Shown: piece by piece, positions 28,571 to 35,660 of the stretch | Layout: each line of letters opens with the position of its first letter | Numbering within the stretch: the first letter of the stretch is position 1 | Origin: Poseidonia sp. | GTDB lineage: Archaea; Thermoplasmatota; Poseidoniia; Poseidoniales; Poseidoniaceae | Direction: 5' to 3' | DNA length: 64,000 bases | Assembly: GCA_049600935.1 (NCBI GenBank) | Contig: JBMYQB010000005.1 | Span: 1,436 to 65,435 of the forward strand | Position numbers and translations under genes: made by a program | The notes under the pieces: model-generated | Told to the model about the DNA's origin: nothing | Seen by the model: only the letters and a program-made list of their open reading frames with translations | Database searches by the model: none

Positions 28571-31016
28571 GGGGTGGCTTCTTGATGTTCATGAAAACGA
28601 GGCCAACACCGGCATGGTGGCGTGGGTGGTTGACCTCCATGGCGCTGCGCATCGGTGTGATGTTCCCTGGCGCCCCACCCTTCACGTTCACGCAACACAT
28701 GAACAACTGGATCGTTTGGAACACTGGTTGATGCAACCCGAAATCCAACTCCGCTTCGGCATCGGTGATGTCCGAATGACACGTGCTCGTTTAGATTTGG
28801 AGGCAACGGGTCAAGTCGACGTGCTCGAAATCGGATTGCGTGCGTATCAACATCTTCGCGGATTGGCCGAACACATTGAAGCCAGAGGCGATTTTCACCG
28901 ATTCAAACTTTATTCAGTCGATGCGCACCTTGCTCAACGTTTCTTGAACGAACACGGTTGCATTCCATTTCAACGGGTTCGTTGGTCAGATGCATCGCCA
29001 GAGGACTTGGAGCCCTTGGAGGAATGCACTACGGACAACGGTGTCTATCCGCCGTTCCATGTTGTACAGATGCGGTTTGAACGTGGCCACGGCTCAACGC
29101 TTCCCTCGCTTGAACGCACCGTTGAAGTCATTCATTTGAACAGCGTTCACGAACCGGGTTTGGCCTCGTTTTCAGTCCCGCTTTCGATCACGCTCAAGCG
29201 TCAAAATTTTCCGTCCATGTCGGCCATGCTCATGGCCTTTCAAGACGCTCTTGCGTCCATGAATCCAGACATTGTTATGTCGACGGGCGGCGATCAGCGT
29301 TGGCTTCCGTGGCTGGTCGAGCAGGCCACGCTGCACGATGTTCCCCTTCAACTCGGGCGCACCACGGACGTGCTCGCTCAGTCCACCCATCAACGTACGA
29401 TTCATTCCTACGGCCAAACCCGTCATCGACACGGGTCGTTCTTCTTCAAAGGACGTCTCCATCTTGATATCAAGAACAGTTTCATCGTGAACGAGGGCGG
29501 TCTTGCTGGTTTGTTTGAATTGGCCCAACACTCGCGACAATCAGCTCAAATCATCTCTCGCCTTTCACCTGGTTCAGTCATCAGTGCCATCCAAATGCGG
29601 GTGGCCATGGACGACGGTGTGCTCGTACCTTGGAAGAAAAATCGGCCTGAAGACACCAAATCGGCACTGGATTTGCTTCATGCCGACCGAGGGGGCCTCT
29701 ACCTTGACAGCCGGCCAGGCGTTCATGCATCGGTCATCGAACTTGATTTTGCGAGCCTGTTCCCGAGCATCATCGCCACCCGTAATATCTCACCTGAAAC
29801 CTTGAATTGCTCTTGTTGCCAACCGGTGGCGCAAGCGGGTTCGCGAGGGGTGGTCCCTTTGCATCCCGATGAAGCCGCTCAAGAATTCCGAGAACGAGCA
29901 GTGTTGTCGGCCTTTGGTCACGGGTTGTTCCCTCTTTCGCACGAAAAAGCGCTTTCCGTTCCAGGCCTCAACATGCACACCTGCGGACGAACACACGGTT
30001 TTCTCGGTCGTGTTGTGGCACCCATCATTGAACGACGACGAGAACTGAAGCGTCAACGTCAGCACAAAGGGGACGCCTTTGACCTGCGGCAGAATGCCCT
30101 CAAGTGGCTTCTCGTGACCTGTTTTGGATACACGGGCTATCGCAATGCTCGCTTTGGACGAATCGAGGCCCATGAAGCGATCTGTGCGTGGTCTCGGGAC
30201 CTCTTGTTAACCACCATTGAAGAGGCTCAGAAAGACGGGTGGGATGTCCTTCACGCCATCGTTGACTGCGTTTGGCTTTCGGATACACGGGGGCGTACGA
30301 AGCATCAACAACGGGTGGACGCCGAAGCGTTTGCCAGCCGCATCTCTGAACAGGTCGGTATTCCGCTTGAGTTTGAAGCGCACTACGACTTCATCGCCTT
30401 TTTGCCGAGCCGAATGCACGGTTCAGGTTCCCTGACAAAATACTGGGCCTGTACCGAAGGGGAATTCAAAGTGCGAGGCATTGAGTTACGCCAACATTCC
30501 ACGCCCCGATGGGTAAGTGAACTTCAGCAAAAGGGATTGGAGTTGTTAGCCGAAGGTGAGCGTATCGAAGGACGTCCTTCCCTTCAGGCACAACGGTCGG
30601 TTTTGGCGCACTATCGGAGGGAACTTCAGCGCTTGAAGACGAACCAGGTATCGTTGTCAGACCTCGTCATGACACGACGAACGACCCGTTCCATTGAGGA
30701 CTACCGAGTTCAGAATTTGACCTATGGCGCTTTGATGCGGGCCCACGGTCTCGGGCATGAGGTTCCCCCTGGGGGCAAGGTTCGGTATGCGGTCGTGAAC
30801 CGTTCAGCCACCGAACCGATGGAACGCGTTTTGCTGGCCGAAGAAATTGAGGCCTTGGGCCGTCAACACGCCGGTTGCCCTCTGCACTATGCAGAACTTG
30901 CAGAGCGAGCCATTTGGGCCCTGCTTGCTCCGTTTGGCTGGACTACGGACCAACTGCGAAACGACGGTCTTCAACCGAGTCTTCTGGAATTTATTCATCC
31001 TGGTGGCGCAGCGTAA
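28563..31016 (+). CDS. polB: family B DNA polymerase, divergent (PolB2/Dpo2-like): exonuclease motifs degenerate, polymerase motifs A and B present, motif C atypical
   Basis: Motif A ELDFASLFPSII. Motif B KWLLVTCFGYTGY. KxY region SLTKYW plus RGIELRQHSTPRW. Motif C position reads HAIVDCVW where YxDTDx is expected. Exo I, II and III positions read VVQMRFE, GGDQRWLPWL and AQHSRQSA. All alignments are by eye. Confidence 0.85.
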   Translation: MIEGWLLDVHENEANTGMVAWVVDLHGAAHRCDVPWRPTLHVHATHEQLDRLEHWLMQPEIQLRFGIGDVRMTRARLDLEATGQVDVLEIGLRAYQHLRGLAEHIEARGDFHRFKLYSVDAHLAQRFLNEHGCIPFQRVRWSDASPEDLEPLEECTTDNGVYPPFHVVQMRFERGHGSTLPSLERTVEVIHLNSVHEPGLASFSVPLSITLKRQNFPSMSAMLMAFQDALASMNPDIVMSTGGDQRWLPWLVEQATLHDVPLQLGRTTDVLAQSTHQRTIHSYGQTRHRHGSFFFKGRLHLDIKNSFIVNEGGLAGLFELAQHSRQSAQIISRLSPGSVISAIQMRVAMDDGVLVPWKKNRPEDTKSALDLLHADRGGLYLDSRPGVHASVIELDFASLFPSIIATRNISPETLNCSCCQPVAQAGSRGVVPLHPDEAAQEFRERAVLSAFGHGLFPLSHEKALSVPGLNMHTCGRTHGFLGRVVAPIIERRRELKRQRQHKGDAFDLRQNALKWLLVTCFGYTGYRNARFGRIEAHEAICAWSRDLLLTTIEEAQKDGWDVLHAIVDCVWLSDTRGRTKHQQRVDAEAFASRISEQVGIPLEFEAHYDFIAFLPSRMHGSGSLTKYWACTEGEFKVRGIELRQHSTPRWVSELQQKGLELLAEGERIEGRPSLQAQRSVLAHYRRELQRLKTNQVSLSDLVMTRRTTRSIEDYRVQNLTYGALMRAHGLGHEVPPGGKVRYAVVNRSATEPMERVLLAEEIEALGRQHAGCPLHYAELAERAIWALLAPFGWTTDQLRNDGLQPSLLEFIHPGGAA

Positions 31017-31773
31017 GAGCGCCAATGTTTGGCGGGGCTGTCGCCAGGGTGGGTCTTTTTTCGGTGAGACAAAAGCGTAATTGTGGGTCGATTTGGAGCG
31101 GCATCCATGGACCTTGCACACCGGATTTACGATGCTTGAGGTGCAAGACCCTCCGTCGTCTTCCGTGCCATGCCCCTTCAAGGTGGTTCTGTGCGTGTCG
31201 GTGAAGGTGTTGGAGCAAACGTGAATCGGTATACGGTGAATGGACCGTTCCTGTGATGGCAATGACGGCTGCGTGATGTTGCTGTGCAAGTTGGCGTAAA
31301 ATGTGCACGTGCCGCCTTAGCAGCGTTCTGGATTCCAGTCGCGAAACGGCATCATCGCCGTGCATGGCCAGCAAACCGTCAAGCACCACCATCGGTGAAC
31401 GGGTGATGGCCAGTTCATGCGGCAATCGTTCAATTTGGCGGTCGAGTTGGTGCAACGTGAACCCCCGACTCAGGTACAAGCGACCGAGGCACGCCTCAAC
31501 ATCGGCCCCCAGAGCTTCGAGAATCGGAATGAATCGCGAGGGGTCAATTCGGCAGGCGCCGTCCACCCAGTGAACAACCTCGCCCTGAACCAAGGCGTGG
31601 GCCACCCAGTGCTCGGCCACGCGTCGCATGCTCTTTCCTGCACGGCCAGGGCCGCTCAGTTGGTAGAGTTGGCCACGAACGGGCTGAATGGACATCGGGT
31701 CAATCCCTCGTCGTCGTCGAATCAATCCGCGTGCAGCATCAATGGCCGTATTCGTTGGTCCCATGGGAATCAT
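30991..31773 (-). CDS. RecA-fold ATPase, RadB/ImuA-like recombinase paralog
   Basis: Walker A LSGPGRAGKS, Walker B-like SPMVVLDGLL, RecA-core-like AAVIAITGTV and RRRVLHLKHRKSG. 260 aa. The 3' end overlaps polB by 26 nt. Confidence 0.65.
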   Translation of the reverse strand: MIPMGPTNTAIDAARGLIRRRRGIDPMSIQPVRGQLYQLSGPGRAGKSMRRVAEHWVAHALVQGEVVHWVDGACRIDPSRFIPILEALGADVEACLGRLYLSRGFTLHQLDRQIERLPHELAITRSPMVVLDGLLAMHGDDAVSRLESRTLLRRHVHILRQLAQQHHAAVIAITGTVHSPYTDSRLLQHLHRHAQNHLEGAWHGRRRRVLHLKHRKSGVQGPWMPLQIDPQLRFCLTEKRPTLATAPPNIGALTLRHQDE

Positions 31774-31872
31774 TGAACGACGCTGTAGGAGGTCATCCTA
31801 TCTTGCGAAGACCCCTGTGTTTAACTGAAGAGACACATCAACTTCAAACACCGCTGGCACCGATGGGCGAAC

Positions 31873-33003
31873 GTGGTAGGCGAACAAAACGTGGCCGAAC
31901 CGCTCGGGCCAAGGATTCTCATTCACTGCGATTTGGATGCCTTCTTTGCTGCGGTGGAAACCATCCACCATGGATTTGATGAAGCCGTGCCGTTGATCAT
32001 CGGTTCAGACCCGAAGCAAGGTCGTGGACGAGGCATTGTTTCGACCTGCAATTACGCAGCACGAGCCTACGGAATCCGCTCAGCCATGCCGGTTTCTGAG
32101 GCGTGGCGTCGTTGCCCAGCGGCCCCGTTTGGACCCGCCATCTACATCCGAGGTACCCGTGGACTCTACAGCAGGGCGAGTCGAAAAGTGATGGCGTGTC
32201 TGCAGCAACCTGCCAACCTGTTTGAAAAAGCGAGCATTGACGAGGCGTATCTTGATGTCACCGAGACCGTCGAAGGCGACTGGGATGCTGCGCTTGCGCT
32301 TGCAAAGCACTTGCAACATCAAATCCTTGAGGAAGTCAACCTCACCGCATCCTTTGGTATTGGCCCCACGCGATTGGTTGCGAAAATGGCCAGTGAGGTG
32401 AACAAACCCAACGGTATTTTCAGGGTCATGCCCGACGAGGTGAATGCCTTTTTCGAAGGTCGTTCGCTGCGCGACATCCCGGGTATCGGCCCCAAACGGG
32501 CAACGCAACTGGCTGAGTGGGGCTACACCACGGCCGACGAACTTTACGCCCTGGGTGAACTCACGTTGTCAAGCCTCGCAGGTGAGCGATTTGCAACATG
32601 GTTCATGCGGGTGCTTGACGGTGAGAGCAGCAATGTCGTCAGTCCACTTCGCAGCAGGAAATCCATTGGAAAAGAGCATACGTTTGAGCGTGATGTAGAG
32701 AATCATGAAGTCGTGCTTGAGCGGCTTGAGGAACTGGTTTCTCTTGTCATGGAACGGGCCACGACCTTGGGTGTATCGGGTCGTTTGGCCGAGGTAAAAA
32801 TACGATACACGGGATTTGAAACCCACACGTCGGGCAGAAGCATCCCGGTGGCCATGGACGACGAAACGGTGTTCAAACGATTAGCAAAGGGCCTGTTTGC
32901 CACAAATATTCGTCCTGAAAACCGGGTCCGATTAATTGGCTTCCGTCTCGGCCAACTGGAAATCCCTCCCTCTCGGCAAACAACGCTGTTTGAGGAAGAA
33001 TAA
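31873..33003 (+). CDS. dinB: Y-family DNA polymerase IV (DinB/Dpo4-like), catalytic residues intact
   Basis: ILIHCDLDAFFAAVE and ASIDEAYLDVT carry the catalytic Asp/Glu; also FGIGPTRLVAKMAS and IPGIGPKRA (HhH). The start is the GTG at 31873 or at 31891; there is no in-frame ATG upstream of the active site. Confidence 0.9.
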   Translation: MVGEQNVAEPLGPRILIHCDLDAFFAAVETIHHGFDEAVPLIIGSDPKQGRGRGIVSTCNYAARAYGIRSAMPVSEAWRRCPAAPFGPAIYIRGTRGLYSRASRKVMACLQQPANLFEKASIDEAYLDVTETVEGDWDAALALAKHLQHQILEEVNLTASFGIGPTRLVAKMASEVNKPNGIFRVMPDEVNAFFEGRSLRDIPGIGPKRATQLAEWGYTTADELYALGELTLSSLAGERFATWFMRVLDGESSNVVSPLRSRKSIGKEHTFERDVENHEVVLERLEELVSLVMERATTLGVSGRLAEVKIRYTGFETHTSGRSIPVAMDDETVFKRLAKGLFATNIRPENRVRLIGFRLGQLEIPPSRQTTLFEEE

Positions 33004-33004
33004 C

Positions 33005-35497
33005 TCACTCGAGGTGGTGCATGCGGGTGAGCGTTTCCCTGAACTCAAGGAGACCATCTGGAACAGCGATACCAGCGATGGGCTGGTTCAGTGAAATGCC
33101 TGCTTCCTTCTTGGCAGCCCATGTTTTCCCGTTGAACTCCTGCAATTCGTGGGAGAGTGAACACAGACGTGTTCCTTCATCCGTTCCGTGGGCCACCTCG
33201 GGGAGAGGCTCAGACGGGAAGGTGTCGACATCCACGGAAGACGATCCATAGACGGTGCTGGATATATGGTGTGTAAAGAAGGGGCAAACGGGACTAAACG
33301 CCGCCATGAAATCTCTGACCATGCGATGCAGCGTCCAAGCCGCCGATTCATCACCATCGTACAATCGTGATTTGACCATTTCGAGGTAGTGGCTGGGAAG
33401 AAGCCCCGTTCCGAAGGTTTTGAGGGCCTGCGTTGCCGTGTAGATGTCCAGATTTCCCCAAGCATGGTTCACGTTGTGCATGGTGCTTTGGAACTCAGCG
33501 AGCACCCATTTGTCCTCCGGAGCCAGCGTTTCTGGGCAACGGTCCAAGTCCTTAGGAATGTCAAATTGTGAGGCGAATCGGGCGACGTTGAACAGTTTGG
33601 TGAGAACACCAAAGTACTTTTTCTCAATCTCTTCAGGATTGATGTGGAAGTCGTCGCCCACCTGAGCGTCACATGCTTTCCAAAGGCGGAAACATTCGCT
33701 GCCGATTTTGTTGGCTCGGAGTTTGACTGAACCGTCCGGTCCTTTGACTTGCCATGACCCTGTTCGCCCACCTGCTCCACACTCCAAAACGGAATCAGCA
33801 TCAATGCCGTTGCCGAGCGACTTGCTCATCTTACGCCCCCACGGGTCCATGCCTAAACCGTCAATCCAAACGTGTTGGAATCCAGGTTGGTCCAACACCA
33901 GAGCCGACTTTAGGAGGGTGTAGTAAAGCCATGTCCGAACAATTTCCTTTCCTTGCGGGCGCAGTGCGGTTGGGAACGCCTTCTCGAAGACATCGGGATG
34001 ATTCAGATAACCGCTCACGAAAAGATTGGAATTTGAGGAATCCATCCATGTGTCAAACACTTTCTCTTCACCCTTGAGTGCCCCAAGTTGGTTCGATAAG
34101 TCTGCATAACTCCCGACGTCTTCCCGAGTTTCCCTGTTGAGGACGCGACTTCCGGTTGGAGGGATGTCTTTCCAGGGCTGGACGTAGGTTCCTGCAGGTG
34201 GCACGACAACCATTTGTTCATCTTCGCTGTACCAGATCGGTATCTCCGTGTGGTACCAGCGACGTCGACTGATCGGCCAATCAATGCTGATGTTGTCCAT
34301 CCAATCCAGAAGGAACTGACGGTTTCGAATCGGATGGAAGGTAATGGATTCAATGTGCTCACGCATTCGGTCCTGAATGTGTGTTTGCCGGACATACCAC
34401 TCCTTGAGGAGAATGATTTCAACAGGGTTCTTGCCTCGCTCAGAAACCGGGATGTCTTGGTCGCGTTCCACCGCTTGCACCAATCGTCCGTTTTCACCAA
34501 GAAGTTCGATGGCTTTAGCTCGTGCTTCAACAACTGACAGTCCCTGCAGCGGTCCTGCAATTTGCGTCATCCTCCCGTCAAGGTCAATGGCTTGGAAAGG
34601 TGCGAGGCCAAGTTCTCGGAAGACGGCCACGTCGTTTTGGTCGCCAAATGAACAGACCATCAAGACGCCGGTTCCAAAATCAGATTTGACGGAGTGGTGT
34701 TCCTGTACGATGACGGTCTTTGCCCTTCCTTCCGTTTCGAGTGGCAGAGTGATTTCTTGTCCGACCAAATGCGTGTACCGCTCGTCTTCAGGATGGACAA
34801 CAACGACACCGCAGGCACAGATGAGTTCAGGTCGCGTCGTTGAAATCACAAGGTCGGTTCCGTCTTCACAGGTCCACCGAACATCGACGAGTTGGGTCTT
34901 GCGTGGCAGACGCTCAACTTCAGCGTCGGCAATGGTCGTTCCCTCAACGGGGTCGTAGATGTTGGGTCTGAGGTCCTCGACGATGTCGCCTTTCTTGAAG
35001 AGTTCAACGAAGATGGATTGCGTTACGCTTCGGTAGTCCGGAGCGTCGGTCAAGTATTCACGCGAAAAATCACACGAGAGGCCGACTCGTTTGGCCGTGT
35101 TTCGCATGGCTTGTGTAAACGATTCAATGGTTGTTTCACAAAGTTTGAGGAATTCTTCTCGGTCGTAGGTTTTCATCTTTCGCTTGGTGTTCTTTTCAAC
35201 GGTAAATTCAATGTTGATGCCGTTTCTATCCACGCCCCAGGGAAAATACACTTCTTTGCCGAGCAAGCGCTGACTTCGTGCCAGAACATCGATCATCGAG
35301 TATTGGGCCACAGCACCAATGTGCCAGGTTCCCGATGGATAGGGTGGAGGCGTGTCGATGACAAACAATTCCTTTCCGCTTTCGGGATTGAAGCCATAGC
35401 GACCGCTGTAGGCTTTTGCGTCGGCATAATGCGCTTCTTGAATGGTCTTTTCAAGGTCGATTGACCATCGTTTCTCGGGAAGTTTTGGGGCTGGCAT
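33005..35497 (-). CDS. valS: class Ia aminoacyl-tRNA ligase, most likely valine--tRNA ligase
   Basis: TPPPYPSGTWHIGAV (HIGH-like), FDTWMDSS, KMSKSLGN. A size of about 830 aa fits archaeal ValRS better than LeuRS or IleRS. I prefer the ATG at 35497 over the GTG at 35506. Confidence 0.8.
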   Translation of the reverse strand: MPAPKLPEKRWSIDLEKTIQEAHYADAKAYSGRYGFNPESGKELFVIDTPPPYPSGTWHIGAVAQYSMIDVLARSQRLLGKEVYFPWGVDRNGINIEFTVEKNTKRKMKTYDREEFLKLCETTIESFTQAMRNTAKRVGLSCDFSREYLTDAPDYRSVTQSIFVELFKKGDIVEDLRPNIYDPVEGTTIADAEVERLPRKTQLVDVRWTCEDGTDLVISTTRPELICACGVVVVHPEDERYTHLVGQEITLPLETEGRAKTVIVQEHHSVKSDFGTGVLMVCSFGDQNDVAVFRELGLAPFQAIDLDGRMTQIAGPLQGLSVVEARAKAIELLGENGRLVQAVERDQDIPVSERGKNPVEIILLKEWYVRQTHIQDRMREHIESITFHPIRNRQFLLDWMDNISIDWPISRRRWYHTEIPIWYSEDEQMVVVPPAGTYVQPWKDIPPTGSRVLNRETREDVGSYADLSNQLGALKGEEKVFDTWMDSSNSNLFVSGYLNHPDVFEKAFPTALRPQGKEIVRTWLYYTLLKSALVLDQPGFQHVWIDGLGMDPWGRKMSKSLGNGIDADSVLECGAGGRTGSWQVKGPDGSVKLRANKIGSECFRLWKACDAQVGDDFHINPEEIEKKYFGVLTKLFNVARFASQFDIPKDLDRCPETLAPEDKWVLAEFQSTMHNVNHAWGNLDIYTATQALKTFGTGLLPSHYLEMVKSRLYDGDESAAWTLHRMVRDFMAAFSPVCPFFTHHISSTVYGSSSVDVDTFPSEPLPEVAHGTDEGTRLCSLSHELQEFNGKTWAAKKEAGISLNQPIAGIAVPDGLLEFRETLTRMHHLE

Positions 35498-35660
35498 GTG
35501 CCTCACCTGGCCCCGCCTCGGTTACTGAGGTGGGTCCAGCCTTGCGGATGCTGGCCATCATTTCAACCCGTCGGCTCATCCTTCAAACTCCATGGTTCTA
35601 GGTCCACCACGAAGGTAAGCCTTTGAAGGTCGGTGCACTCGCAAACAATGAGGTGATGAT

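Noticed and set aside
28563-31016. PolB as part of a casposon, provirus or plasmid-derived protein-primed element
   Set aside because: There is no Cas1, terminal inverted repeat, terminal protein, capsid or integrase gene nearby. The flanking genes are chromosomal housekeeping (serA-like, valS).
18785-35497. Inteins in RtcB, AlaRS, PolB or ValRS
   Set aside because: All four proteins have lengths and contiguous motif spacing consistent with intein-free enzymes, and no Hint or homing endonuclease blocks were seen.
35652-35658. GTGATGA resembling a C/D-box sRNA C box
   Set aside because: It is simply the overlap of the GAGGTGA Shine-Dalgarno with its spacer. No D box (CTGA) or terminal stem lies at the required distance.
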